Assembly: GCA_053919585.1 (NCBI GenBank)
Contig: CM132793.1
DNA length: 64,000 nt
Source: Euprymna scolopes
Taxonomy: Eukaryota
Strand: one strand, 5' to 3'
The position numbers and the translations under genes are program-made. This document shows, piece by piece, positions 1-13,907 of the stretch (its first letter is position 1; each line of letters starts with the position of its first letter). The notes under the pieces were generated by a model that was given only the letters and a program-made list of their open reading frames with translations, ran no database searches and was not told the origin of the DNA.

Positions 1-494
1 CATTTTTTCTGCGAATGATTAAGAAAAACAAGGCTATAATCAGTGATTGCTGGTTTGTTGTCATTTCGTTCTTAAACAATTTAGTTTTTTCTGAACATGT
101 TGAAACGAACATATTCACTAAACTTGTGAATATCAAGTGTCATAAAGAAAGCTTTTTAGCACCATTTTACATATACATAAAATATAAACATACAATATAT
201 TTATTTAATGACCAAAGGGACATGAATAAGTTAATTATAACAATTCACAAGAGATCAACTACCAATGAAACATTGGCAATAATGACTTGACACTCCCCTC
301 CTGTTCCCCGCTTTCTTAATGAAGGCAGCCATCTCATTCTGGTGTTCCTAATTGCCTAAGTGTGTAATATGAATAAGAATTTGATTTATGTTGGGTTTAT
401 TTGGAAATCTTTTGTGTAATGCATTAAAAACAAGAACAAGGAATTATTTCAATGTATGGCCACGTTAAAACTACAAAATTTATAATTTCAAAAT

Positions 495-885
495 ATTATG
501 CATTATTTGAACTACTTGTCTCATCGTGAATGTTATTTGTACAACGTTTCAGCCGATGTAACCTCTAATCTTCAAGTATGTCTTGTCAAATTCGAGAATC
601 TTGAATTCTGAAATATAAAATTTCAAACTGAATCTTGAAACGTGAAATAACATTTAAGATGAGAATAACGGTCTAAATAATTCAAATTATCAATCTTCAT
701 CTCAAAAGCTTTGAAAAAATAATTTAAAGATATTGATTTTGTTTTCCTCATCTTAGTTGTTGCCATTCTTGCAGCATTTTCGTTGTTCTGCTCTTTGACT
801 ATTTTCAGGTTCAGTTGATGATCTTTTTGGATTTTTGAACTGAAGCTTTTATTTAATCCACTCGTGTATTCTATTCATGTTTTTA
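495..885. mobile_element. Cluster of decayed tails of the same hammerhead-bearing family, in both orientations
   Basis: acaacgtttcagccgatgtaacct (541-564) matches 9518-9541; an inverted tail lies at 630-710; ttttatttaatcca near 850 is shared with ~9600. Confidence 0.5.
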
Positions 886-1124
886 TAGATATCTCATATC
901 AGTTAATTTCTCACAAGTTTCTTCATCAGAGATTGCACTCACAGTCTAAATAGAATTAATTCTGTAATATTTCTTAATCAACGCCTTCATCTACTTAGCT
1001 ATGTACCCAGTAGAAGAATTTAAAATGTACGTTTTTAAAATTTATTCATGAAGCAAATGTTTAATGTAATCATTTACCTGTACTCATATTGCATGTTCCA
1101 TGTTTAGATTGTAATTACTTGATG

Positions 1125-1482
1125 ATTATTATTATTATTGGCTCACATGGAGCTTTCACACAAGTCAGCAAACGATCAGTTTGGAGACCTGTGGTATTCC
1201 CTGGAAGCTGAGTGACAACAAGTCTCCCCAGACGTCCAGCTCTCTCCACCTCCTTCGATAGCATTTGCATTTGCAAATAAATTTGTGTCATCGCAACGGC
1301 CTCATACCATTGATTTCTCGTTGGTAGTGGCCATTGGTTTATACTGGAACTTGAATGGCACTAAGTCTCCCTACGATCCCAGATCTCTTTGCGCTTGTCC
1401 AGCGGAGGTCTGACCAGCGCTCTCTCCTCGGTCTTTCCATCCTCCTTGACCCTTCTCAGCTCTTTGGTATATTATTATTATA
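1125..1482 (-). mobile_element. Probable Dong/R4-like LINE 3' remnants (two tandem pieces) between (TTA)n runs
   Basis: Two ctggaa..gagtgac/ggcac..aagtctccc..ccag motifs bounded by TTA microsatellites, the known target of Dong-type elements. Family assignment is from recall. Confidence 0.35.
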
Positions 1483-3649
1483 CCATCAATTATAATTTTC
1501 TGATTTACCCTTTCTTAATTATTAGTTCCCATGTTGTGTTCAACTTAAGAGATAACTAGCTTTGCAACCAATTATTTAAAATTTCCGAATTTTTTGATGT
1601 TGCTTCTTATAAAATATGAATGAATGTTATCTCCAATTCAATTCAGCACATATTATGATATGACAACTTTTAGAAACGTTTTTGCATCAAAGTATAGCTC
1701 TGATTGGCTAATCACTCCTCATCACAATTACAAATATGTAGTTCATGTTACCTGCTGCATCGTATACAAACTCCTAACAAATCAATTATTCATTTTATCT
1801 CTTTGCGTATCTGTAATCTCATCTCTGCTTTTAATAAAACATAAGAACAAATCTATATCATATTTCTCTTAGTCTGTTTGTTCCACTTTTTTTTCCTTTT
1901 TTTTTTCGGAAACTACTGAATCAATTTTGTATGGATCTGTGCTATGATAAGGTACAGCGAACTAAGTATTATGGTATCCATTTAATGCAGAGTTAATGAT
2001 CAATAAAGATTAGTATTTAATGCAAAAATGAGCACAAATTTAACCATATTCAACCATCAATTTGGCATAAAGCACATGAGTCAATGATCTATCACTTTCG
2101 ACTGTTTTTAATGAGCTAAAAAGTCTTGTATGTATTTACCTACAATTGCCTACAGTCTCATGGAACATATATAACTTTGATCCATTTCATCAGATAGACA
2201 TAAAAAAATGTTCTTGTAAATTTATTCTTTTACCAATATTTTCTAAACTAGTTATATTTTCAATTTTGTTTTGAAAATATATTACAAAAAAAAAAAAATG
2301 TAATTATTTGGTAGAGTTAGTTTTGGAAAGAAATCCTTCCTGCTAATAAATTTCCAGTGGGAACAAATATATTAAAAAGTCTTCAATATTTAGAAATCCC
2401 ATGATTTCAAATAAGCCGTCATTAGCACCCCTCCCCCTCCCCATTATTCTGTTACTAAATTTGCTAAACCTAGTGATTCCAATCTATATAATTGCAAAAT
2501 ACTTTAATGCTTGTAAGCAACTGAGCAAAGACATCTTGTTAGCCTTGCTTATGTGTGTGCTATTTGCATACGTGCCACAGGACTGGTTTAGTCCATTTTA
2601 TGACTGGATTACTGGTGTTGCTCTTACAATTCCCTCTATTACATATATACGATTTACTATAGTTTTTATGAGCCAATTCTGATATGGGTAAATATTACAC
2701 ATTTTATATATAACTGGTCCTCTGTGGTCTGTGATTATCCTAGTCTAGACTTGGTATTCGTTTGGGTATGTAAGGATGTCTTCTGTGTCTCATCTTTGTT
2801 GTAATTTGATGGATGAGGGTGCTAATAGATCTGAAGAGGGGGGGTGTACTCAAATTCAGCATAGGATTCCAAAATCAGATTTCTTTCTATTGTCATGTAT
2901 GTTGGTGATTTTGGCGATCCACCTTAGAACTTGTTTCTATTCCAAATGAGATGAGACCCAGCAGTTGGTGGTACAGGGTTAGTTTTACTCCTGCAGTTAC
3001 TGTGTTCCAATTGTTGAGCCTCCTACTGGCATCTTCCATGTGTCCTTTGATGGTAAGAACACAAAATGCATGTTCTATTAGGCTTGTTGTTGATCTGTTG
3101 GAGGACAACTTTTCACGTTTCTGGCACATCCTCTCCATTCATCCACAATTAAAGCATATAAACTTTGTCACCAGGCAGCTCTTCATATCTATTCCCCACT
3201 AGCATGTTAAATCCTTTCGCCCCATTTGTCGGGCTTGGCATATTGTGGGGTCATGAAAGTCACGACTTGCAGAGGTTGTTGCTCAAGGTCCAATCTTTGC
3301 AGTTAAAGAGTTTTTATTGTTTCTTGTCTCTCGGCTGACTAATTTATCAAATTTCTGCTTTGGAGGAGTGAGCATAGCAACCTTTGTCAATATTTTCCCG
3401 TGTATTTGTCATTAGCAAAGCCTGCTACTATGTCACTAGAATAATTTATTCAAGTAACACCATTTGTTTCATTTGAGCACGTGACTATAAATTCACAAAA
3501 TTTGGCCAAGGTTTTTAATCAAGCTATAAAATATGTGATTGACTCCATTCTTCTTTACTAATAAACTGAAAGTTTTACCTGTGCAGTTTTCTGAGCACCC
3601 TTTGACAACAATGAGTTGTATTTGCCATAAAAGATGTCTGTTTATATTA

Positions 3650-4160
3650 CTCTCGAACTTCTGTAAGTCAGTACAGTCAGGGAAACAGGAACCCGGAAGG
3701 AAATTCCAAAGTTTAGCAATCCTAGGAAGAAACTATTAGAATAGAAGGCTTTCTTACATTTAGGGATTTTTACTGTGTAGGGGTGGGATTTTGATGCTTG
3801 TTGGATTTATTAGGAGTATTTACATTGATGGGCTAGAAGGGCTTGTAGTTTGTCAAAGCGCCTACCATTAAAGTACTTGTAAAACAGGCAGGGGGATGCA
3901 ACATTTTGTCGATGGGACGACGGTTGAAGCCTAGCTGATAGTGTAGAACCTATTAGGTTGGTGACCCTCTTTTGAACCCTATCTAAGAAGGAGAGACTAG
4001 TAGCAGATGCACCAACAATACTCCATACATGGGCGAATGGTGGCCTTGTAAAGGTACAGGGTACTCTCAGGCGTAAGTAATTTTCTAGCACGGTAGAGAG
4101 AGCCCACCTTCTTTGCAGCAGCGTTGGCAATGCACTCAATGTATCTGTTATATCTATTGT
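3650..4160 (-). mobile_element. CR1-type LINE 3' fragment
   Basis: GASATSLSFLDRVQKRVTNLIG...LQPSSHRQNVAS matches the C-terminus of the 41.5-kb LINE. Confidence 0.9.
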
Positions 4161-4599
4161 AAGTCATCCCAGTCTTTTAGCATAAAACATTTTCAGTTGG
4201 TGACAAAGTCATTTCTTTCGTATTGCAATGTTTTCCTTTTGCATTTCAATCAGTTTTGTTGGTGCATTAGTCTTCGTTCATAATCTGTTTCATCTTCAGA
4301 TCCCAAATGTTTTCAAGCAGTCAAATGACTGTCAGTAAATTAAACAGTTTTAAAACAACAACAACAATCCTATTAGCAAAACCATGTAAAGTGTTTGAAT
4401 AGCTGTAATGAACTGAATAAGGCCCTTTGTTTTGTTTATGTGCCTGTTATTTTGTATGTAGCCAAACGAGTCTGCCGGTGTTACTCCTACGAACGTTCTC
4501 CCCTTATCATAAAGGCTGCATGTTCTATATACTAAAACTAAGATTATTTTTTACTAGTTTACTCATTTTCTTTGTACCTTTTCTAATTTTAATATTATA

Positions 4600-4996
4600 C
4601 TAGCACGGTCACCTGGCGTTGTCCGCTCATAAAATATGCTTAAATATATTTTAATTTATGCAAATTTCGTATTTAATATTATAGACCCAATTATTTCGTA
4701 TTATATTGTATCCAATATATAGTCATAATTTTCAAAAGTAAAAAAAAAAAAAAAAAAAAAAAATACAATATGATTTGAGTGCCATTAGGTAGAACCGAAA
4801 CCAAAACATAACTTCATAATTGAAACCGTCTAAAAGTTAAGTAAAAACTAAAGTTTATTTCTACTCAATATGGTTGGACTGGGGAAAGGAGGGTGAATTT
4901 TATTATATACAAGCTGGCTTCCATGACAACAATGTTTTGATAGACAAGATACAAGCAAGGGTGGTCGGACGGTTAGCAGTTTTATAATTATATAGA
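4600..4996 (-). mobile_element. Helitron-like element (family D)
   Basis: a|ctagcacggtcacctggcgttgtccgctcataaaatatgctt ... tttataattatataga|t. Confidence 0.7.
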
Positions 4997-5353
4997 TTCC
5001 AATTCCTAGGATTAATTCATCATGAAACGTTTTGTCTACATCCAACAAAATATGATGTATCGTGCATTAACTGTTTTCAACACCTGTTTATCGTTACTTC
5101 GTTTAGCTGACTAATTTGTGTGAAAATCCACCATGGACATAATCATGTGATCTTTTTGGGGTTTATCTCTTAAAATTTTTTTTTTTTGAACCATTTCACC
5201 ATGCGGTTTTAATCTGAAAACCAGGTGCAGAGATCATCAAAATATTGTAATTTCTGAACATGGTGCATGGTCTCTTTTACCAACTTAATGGATTCTTCAT
5301 AAGTTTAATTATAAAAAATCTTCAGTTTGTAGAATTTGTATAGAAAACATAAT

Positions 5354-5860
5354 GTATTCTGGTGCTACCAGATCAGGCTGTCTGAATATATTGGCTTCCT
5401 GAGATGAAATGTACCTAACATTGATGCTTTTTGTTTTTCTACTTCCTTTTGCAAAACTTAATTATGTTCTGCAAAAACAAAACCAAAAACAACAACCCAC
5501 CTTTCCCCCCTTTTCCTTCTTCCCATTTCCCTTTTCTCTTTCTATCTCCCCCACTTCCTGAGTGGTTTCCTAACTTAAAATGTACGAAACATTAATACTG
5601 TAACCCTTTTCCCTCTCCCATTGCAAAACTCATTCATGTTCTGCAGGACAGGGGGCAAAACCAATAAAATCCACTATAAAACAATCAAACCAAACACTAC
5701 AAACTAGCAATTGAAGACACAAAGAGCTTGAAGAATAAAAACATTATACAAAAAATAACTGGATGCAATATGAATACTATTTCCAAAATAACTGGATTCG
5801 CCATTTAATAACCCAAAAAGATTTTATATGCCGTAAAACAAAACAATCAAACCAATCATA
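5354..5860 (+). mobile_element. Longer copy of the same retroposed family
   Basis: tattctggtgctaccagatcaggctgtctgaa ... tatgccgtaaaacaaaacaatcaaacc. Confidence 0.6.
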
Positions 5861-6171
5861 ATGCATTGTCTTTATTTGAAGCTAAATAGTTATTCTTACA
5901 TGCTCTGAATAAATACTGTTAATCCCTGGATTGTATTTATTCTAATGGATATTCTGCTAGTTAAAAAAAAATCACTGAACAGACGGCTTTTATTTTTTTT
6001 ACTAATAAATGACCACTTATCAAGGCCAAATGCCACTCAACAACAAGTTAATGAGATAAAATGATTCAGTCGTGTGATGAAGAACCTAATGTTTCCTTAC
6101 AAAGGTTAAAATCAAGATATATATTTCTAAAATCCTAATTCCAATTTTGATCAGAATCGATTAAAATATAT

Positions 6172-7150
6172 ATATTTTTTTTTTACATGGAGGTCACCAC
6201 TTATCAAGGCCGAGAAGCCACTCGAGGATAAGGGTTATTGTGTGTACAGTAATCAATGGGATAGTATCGTGGTAATAGTTAGTATTGGAGATTTGATAAA
6301 GTGTCATTACTTAGGGGGGGCGGTTCATCAGGAATTTGTTTATGTTGGACTTGAAGATATCCAAGTTGAAGTCAGGAGGGAAACAGGCAAGTGGCAGAGA
6401 GTTCCATAGGCATGTAGTTCTAAGAAAGAAGCTTTGTTCATGGAATCTATGTTTTGATTTAGGCACAAATAAAGAGTGGGGAAAATTATTGACAGTGGTT
6501 TCAGCTAGACTGGTGTTTTTCGTGAAAGATTGGCGAGTGGGGGGACCAGAGATTGGAGCTCAGACAAGCACTTGCCATGGAAATAACGATAAAACAAAGA
6601 TAGGCTCGCAACGTCTCTTCTGTTGCAGAGAATAGAAAAGGGCATCCCACACTAAGCCACAAAGTCTATTTTGTACTCTGTCAAGGCAGGATAGGCTGTT
6701 TTTAGCAGCTCCTGCCCAGATGTGGCAGAAGTACTCCATCCTTGGATGTCAACGAATGATTTAAGTATGTGTTTTGGGAGATCATTGATGTAGATCAGGA
6801 AGAGAGTTGGACCCAGGATGGATCCCTGAGGGACTCCAGCATTAATACTGTGGGCCTCTGATTTCTGCCAATCAACCACTACTCTTATGAGCCTATTAGA
6901 GAGAAATGATTTAATGATTGAGAAAATATTTCCAGTTATACTGTAGCTGGAAATCTTGTATAGTAGGCCCTTATGCCATACCTTATCAAAGGCCTTTGAT
7001 ATGTCAAGAGCAATTGAAGCCTTTGTCAAGAGATTCGCTAATCCTATGAGATATAACCATTAGCAGAACGGAAACCATATTGCGTGTCACTAAGAAGGTT
7101 ATTTCTGCTGAGGTAGTTGACTACTTTTCTATTTAATATGGATTCCAGCA
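6172..7150 (-). mobile_element. CR1-type LINE 3' fragment with an internal deletion of the YADD region
   Basis: ALDISKAFDKVWH, GVPQGSILGP, then a jump at ~6745 to the MEY..HIWAG codons. The 3' end with poly-A is close to 55172-55744. Confidence 0.92.
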
Positions 7151-8822
7151 TTTTCTAGGAAAATATCTAAAATTTTTTGCTTAAACTTAATACTATGTAA
7201 TTTACATGTGTCCACTTAGCCTTACTATAATGGAGATTGGATGTCTGTTACTAAATCTGTTATTTTGAAAAATGGGTGATCGAATATTTTAAAAACTGAA
7301 TTGGTATTCGGATATTTTTCAGCAGATTCTGCCATCTTTTTTTATGAAAACACTCAAGACAAGGCATAAAGCCACTTGATGTAAGAAGCTAACAAGAATG
7401 AAAATTGATTATTGCAAAGACAAGACTTTTAGTTATTACATCATATGATGTATATTTATTCCTAAATATTGAGAATTCCTGTTATGTTAAATTTGTTATT
7501 CTTTTCTTTGAAATCATAAATTACAATGAAGTTTTGTTAAAACCTCTTTGAAAGAATCTGACATTTTCATAAACATTTTTTTTGTTGTTGCTGACTTTTA
7601 TTTTAAAGAACTCCTTTATATTTTTAATGTCAAAAAATATTCATTTTCTTTTGAGATATTTCCGTTTTTTTTGTTGGTAAAGGTTTAACTGAATTATGGC
7701 ATAGAATTAAATGATACAGCAAATGTAAATAAAAATCAAACTCGACATATTTTTCTGATGAGAATTTAATTTGAAAAGTTCAATTCTGTAATATTTATTT
7801 ATAAAACATAATGAAGTTTATCATTATAGGATTTTGAACTGCCTGTATAATGTTGGAATCATTTTAATTGTATGTAGTAGTTTATTATTTAGTATATCAT
7901 TAACTATAAAAACTGGCGTGGTACTATCGCCCCCTCCCTCCTAAGTATTAGGAAGTAAGAGGAAAACGATATTAAAAAAAAGAGGAAATAAGTTTATCAG
8001 CAGAACAAAGGTATAGGAAGTTGTTCACCAGGACACAAAAGAAAACTGAAATATGATTGTTAATCAAAGCATGGTGTTGATTAGGACAAAGAAGATGAAG
8101 ATGATCTAATGGCAACTGACAACAAAAGGACCTTGGCAGACGACTATGTAGCTGTGGCCCTTAGCATATAGAGGATTGATGGTGTCACACACACAGAGTG
8201 CACCATATATTAGCAGAATGTGCCAGAGTTTGTGCTTTTTGTATTTTGTTTTATTTTTATTTTATACTTGTGAACCTATGCACATCCCCCTCCTTCATGG
8301 CAGGGTCAGATATGAGAGATAACTACATGGCCAGAAGAGAAAACTAGGGGGAAGACCAAGGAAACAACATTGGGGTAGACGTTTGTTGTCGAGCAAAGTA
8401 GCATGTGGTCTCACACTAGGATTAGTTGACAATCACATTGCTTGGAGATATAGGGCAATGCAGGGGTTTACAAGAGGTGGGATCAATTTGAGTGATAGAT
8501 GAGACTATGACAACCTTTGCAACCCAAACCTCCTACTTGAAATTTGTCAGATGCAACAAAAACTGTCACTTGTGCATAAACCTGCACAGTCATGGCAAAC
8601 AGTACCCAGTTTCTTGTTGATTCTAGGGAGCTAGTCTTCTGATACTGGAATGGTAAATATCATTAGGTTGGTGTATTCTTAACAATATTAGTTAACTACA
8701 CTTCATTTATCTAAAATTTTGATGAGGGCTCTACAGACCTGTTGACTAAATTATTGGAGCTTTGCTTTTTCATGTATTATATGTCTGCTATATCATGTCA
8801 GAACCCATCCTTCTCCAGATAT

Positions 8823-9091
8823 TCTGGTGCTACCAGATCAGGTTGTCTGAAGATATCGGTTTCCTGACTTAAACATACCAAATAGTGATGTTATTGTATT
8901 TTTCATTTCTCTTTACAAAATTCAATCCTGTTTTGCATAGCAAAACAACAAAAATATTAAACATCATGAATAAATATTTGGAGATATAAACAACTTGTAG
9001 CATAAAACACTTCTTTTTTTTTTTCAAAATTACGGGATTCAACATTAAATAATCCGAAAGGGGTTGATATGCTGTAAAACAACAAACGACC
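8823..9091 (+). mobile_element. Retroposed repeat (SINE or LINE 3' UTR) with an 11-bp TSD; related copies at 5354-5860 and 28170-28375
   Basis: tctccagatat at 8812-8822 and 9092-9102; ttctggtgctaccagatcagg and the tatgc(c/t)gtaaaacaa tail are shared with the 5354-5860 copy. Confidence 0.7.
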
Positions 9092-9477
9092 TCTCCAGAT
9101 ATGAACCCAAACCCGAATTCTTTTTTTTTTTTTTCTGTGACAAATTCAAATAAAATATCGGGTGTTGTGATTTCAGTTTTCCGTGGTTAGTTGCTTTATC
9201 AAGATTTGAACGGCTTACCATTCAGTTTAAAGAGCTTTTTTTTATCTAATAAAAACGCAATTCTAATGCTAAAACAAAACGCCTATCGTAAATGATTCAT
9301 TGTACACAAAACACATTGATATGTTATCCATAGCTGGAGAGGAATTGTGGCATCAAACCTTTATTGATAGTTTTAGTATCTAATGAGGCACAATCTGAAA
9401 CCATGCCTATATGCCCGTCCCCGTCTCCACATGCGGACCCCCCCCCAAAAAAAAAAAAAAAATTGTTGGGTTATTTA

Positions 9478-9890
9478 AATTATTTGGACTACTGGTTTCA
9501 TCTTTGATGTTATTCTTACAACGTTTAAGCCGATGTAACCTTTGATCTTCTTCAGGTGAGTTTTGAACTCTGAATTTTTATGGAATTTTGAGCAGAACCT
9601 TTTATTTAATCCATGGAGGTAGTTTATTCTTGTTCTGTCAGCCATGACTGGGTAGAATTTTAAAAAGCAATTCTTAATTGTATTCTTAGTATCTCTTGTA
9701 TTGAGGATTTGGCCTTTAACCTCCAGAGGACTCACTTAAAACACATTATTACTTAGCACTTTTGATAAAGATTCTTAATTTCGACAAAACATGCCTGAGT
9801 AAAGTCAAAACGGTGTGAGAATGACATCGCAAATGAAAACAGTAGTCTCATACAAATTATCGATCCTCATCTAAAAAATTTCAAAAGCAA
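9478..9890 (-). mobile_element. Second copy of the same family (minus strand), followed by an inverted tail copy at about 9780-9890
   Basis: Reverse complement reads catggctgacagaacaagaataa...tggattaaataaaagg...cacctgaagaagatc...atcggcttaaacgttg. Confidence 0.6.
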
Positions 9891-12544
9891 ATTGCTGTAC
9901 GTGATTATTTAAATTTATTTTTGTTATTGATTTGTTTGCAACATTTGTCTAGGGTCAACCGGTGAAATATTTTATTGAAATGATTTTTAATGTTAACATA
10001 AAAAAAATACAATATTTTCAGTTACCGAGGAGACACACATACTTGGAAACCTTTCCAAAAACATTTGTAAGAAATTGATTTTGGTGGATTTATAAAAGGA
10101 AGCAAATGAAGTCTGCGTGTTTCAACTACGAAGATAAATGGTAAAAGGTAGATGGAAAGGGAACTACTGTGCCAAATGAATACAATTACGAAGATGATGT
10201 AGATTATGGCTTTGTGTGCAGCAATAGTGTGTCCAGAAAATGGTCGGCATGCTGCCATTGGAAAGTTTTCTCAACAAACAATATAGATAGGTCCATCTCT
10301 GTAGGGGGAGAAAAGTGACAAAAATAATGGTATTTGCTAGTTGCATTGGACCATATTACAGAGATCCAAATATGCACTTGTACAAACGTAAATACTCGTG
10401 ACTCACCTGACTAGCAGTAACCTTTCACTGTAGAGATCCATAAATGGCAGAATATCTTCCACTTTACCAGTCTCTTTCCTCTGACCATTTGCTTTTGGAA
10501 ACCCTTTTTACCCCCCCCCTTCCCCACCACCAACATGCAGAAATTGAAAGCCGAGGAAGGAAGTGTTTAGGATACGAGTTACATCTTTCATACTTGATTT
10601 AGCAAGAGAGAACAAAAAAGGTATTTTATGTTTAGAAAGATTGTTTTATAGCTAGAATCAACGTGTAGTATCGGTTCTCAATCTGAGAGTAGGGCAACTT
10701 TTTTAGTTTCGTTTCCAGTTCAGAATGCCCATTTTTGTGGAGCTTAATTCTTCATGTTAAAAATCGACCTTTTATTTACCTTCATGAAGAAATCTAAGAC
10801 TATGCCAATTCTGGGACACATTTTCAAAGGTGATATGTATGTTCCATGCTGCCAATCATGAATATGATTTTGACAACACCAAACAAAAAAACAACAAAAA
10901 AATTCTGAATTTTTTTAAATATCAGCTCAATTAGTTACACAAACTTAAAAAATACTAGTGTGATACTATGGACCCCCCCCCCCGTGTAAGGAAGTGATTA
11001 TAAAAAGAGACAAACTATAGCAATGGGAGGAAATAGTTTATTAGTCAAACAAAAGTATAAGTGAGGTTAGTAAAAAAAAACAAAAAAAAAAAACAATGAG
11101 GAGCCGCCAAGGTCTTTTGAATTCTCAAAATGGTAAAACGCCTCACGGTCATTGGTCAGTTTTTGAATAGTCATAGGAATGACAGTTTTTTTGCAATTGA
11201 TTACTCAGGGACAAAGATGAGATTTTTAGAATTTCCGATCCCTGTGTCAATAAATTTAGGAGTTTGCAACAGTTGATTGCAGTGAACAACAATTTTCAGA
11301 CTGGGAGATCATCTGAGAGAGACGGTGGGGGGGGGGGGGGCACATGGCGTCATACTAGTGTACTCGTGGCATGCATAGGGGTTTACTGTTAAACAAAATA
11401 ACTTCTAATTTTATAATGTCCATATACTTTATAGTTTGTTTTACTTAATGACTGAACTTTTTTTTTGTTTTTACAATGAAATATTTACTTTCTTGTTAAG
11501 GTTTGTTTTTGTATAGATTTTTTTAAAACATAACTAATGTTAGTATTGTCATTTTTTAATTAAAAGATATAAGTAATTTTAAAATAAAAACAATTCGATA
11601 ACCTCCCGATAAATATATGCCATAATTTCCTATTGTAAGTAGCATATGGGAACATGTATACTCAGCTTCATTTAGTGTTACTTTTGCCTTGTCTTTGTTT
11701 TTAATATTTTTCAGCTGGTCTCTCTGTTTTTCAACGTTTTGTAAGCCCACTTTCCACGAAATCACTGTTGACACTCTTGATAATGCCCCTATCCCTCTAC
11801 AGATTGATTGATTGCTGTTTTTTATATGGAGCAATGTATTCAGTGAATGTAAGAGGGGGATGGCCATCCTATCATCACCCATAGTTGTAAGACAAATCTT
11901 TGCCATTACCCAGACAAGGTACTTTCATGAGATCTATCCTGTCAGCTGAGACGGTTTGCTAGTGTATAACGCTTAGAACCACACATGAAAGATTTGGGGA
12001 ATCGTGTGAAACCCAGGCATGATCACCACCTATCTTTATACCCTCAGCAAGCCATGTAAGATGCTACCTCCACACATACTCTATATCACTGAAAGTTGGG
12101 AACTTTTCAAAACTTTATAATCCTCCAGAAATTACAGTTTGTCATTCTGGGGTGGTTTGTGTGTGCTAAAAACAAGATAAAAGTAGTTGCAATATTGAAT
12201 TGTTTTATAAACTATTCATTTCAGAAACATACGCTAAGCCCTTAAACTTAAACCTTCAAAGTCGCTCCTGCCTGGAATTAGATTTTAATTTGTGAGTACC
12301 AATACAGTATTATGGTTAATTTTCTAAACAAAACATGAAAATAAATCACAGAACTGAATGTTTTGCACCAATACAAATACATAAAAGAACAACATTTTTT
12401 TCTTCCATAACAACAAACTAAATTGTAAAACAAAACAACAGCAGCAACTCCCCCCCCCAGTAAATAACATTTTTTATGTAAAAAAAACAAAACAAAAACA
12501 AGTCATCCATATATTAATAATTTTTTTTTACCATTACGCATTTG

Positions 12545-12616
<72 letters not shown>

Positions 12617-12949
12617 TTTGTCTTTAAGTTACTTACATTTTTTTTTAAAGATTACTATTGCTTGATTATTTCTTGCAATGACAAACTCAACAGTATAAGA
12701 TAACTTTTTTTTACCATAATATAGATTTAAAACTGATCATTTTTTTTTTTTTACTGAACATGCAAAATTTTAAAATGATTTAAAAATTTTTGAATATCAA
12801 TCGTGTCTTGAAGCGAAGTTTGCTTCAAAGATTCAAATATTGCATTATGGCTCGTTTATGCTTTATATATAGTAAGTTATGAAAATATATATGGCAATTA
12901 AGCTACACAGAATATTCCGCGTTTCATCCTCATGAGAATTTGTCAGACA

Positions 12950-12987
<38 letters not shown>

Positions 12988-13039
12988 GAACACGGTATAG
13001 AACAAATAAATAATATTTATTTCTATACTGTGTTGTTCA

Positions 13040-13907
13040 TCTATAAATATAAAAGCGAAAATGTGTGTTTGTATGTATGTGTGTTTGTATGTCTTGCAAA
13101 AACTTTCCATATGGGTCACGGATTTTCACCAGATCGGTATCATTTTAAACTTCCAACCTTCGCCCGACAAATATCGCAAAATTAGCCAAAAACGTTAATT
13201 TTTTCACCCTGAAATCATCACTTTTCTACGGAGGGAGGGGGGTGTCAGCAAAAACCGTCCTCTCATGACGAGTTGGGTTCTACGCATGCGCAAATGACAC
13301 CGTAACCTGATTTAGTTTAAAGATTTAAAAAAGCGACACAATTTCGGCGACGTCGTCTTAGCTAAGTTGCTTAGAGCGCGGCCTCATTAACGGTTTGGGT
13401 TCGAATTGTGGTGTGAGATGTCTTTTTTTTTTTTTTTTTCGATTTTTTTAATTTTAATATTGAACCAGGCTTACTTAAGCCATTTTTCACGTAACGTTCG
13501 TTTTTTCGTTTTGTGTTTGCCTTACGTTAGTTTTTTTTTACTTCGCTTATTCTTAGGTTTTTATTAACACCCCTCACCCCCGCCCGACCACACACACCCC
13601 AAAACACCGGGGCAACGCTGGGTACCCCCCCGGGTGTTATTTAAGCAATTTTTCACGTTTTTTTTTTGTTTTTATTTTTCATATTTTTTAAAGATGCTTT
13701 AACGTTTGTTTTTCTGTTTTCTTTTTCGCATTTTCTTTTTTTGTTTTTCCCATTTTTACATTTAACATCGTTCGTTTGCCTTACGTTAGTTTTTTTTGTG
13801 TTTTTTTTTTTAATATTTACTTCGCTTATTCTTATGTTTTGATTAACACCCCGCCCGAGCACACACACACCTCTAAACACCCGGGCAACGCCGGGTACCC
13901 CCCCCAG
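13040..13907 (+). mobile_element. Non-autonomous Helitron-like element (family A) with a duplicated 3' end
   Basis: Starts a|TCtataaatataaaa, has a (TGTA) tract, two ccgggcaacgc.gg hairpins (~13608 and ~13880), and ends CCAG|t. Confidence 0.8.

Noticed and set aside
1752-1773. Possible 22-nt minus-strand microexon (ag|GAGTTTGTATACGATGCAGCAG|gtaac)
   Set aside because: Weak acceptor and no partner exons found; cannot be supported.
2690-3320. Possible gag/ORF1 zinc-knuckle remnant (ICFNCG on the minus strand)
   Set aside because: The motif is interrupted by a stop and the His/Cys half is missing; too degraded to call.
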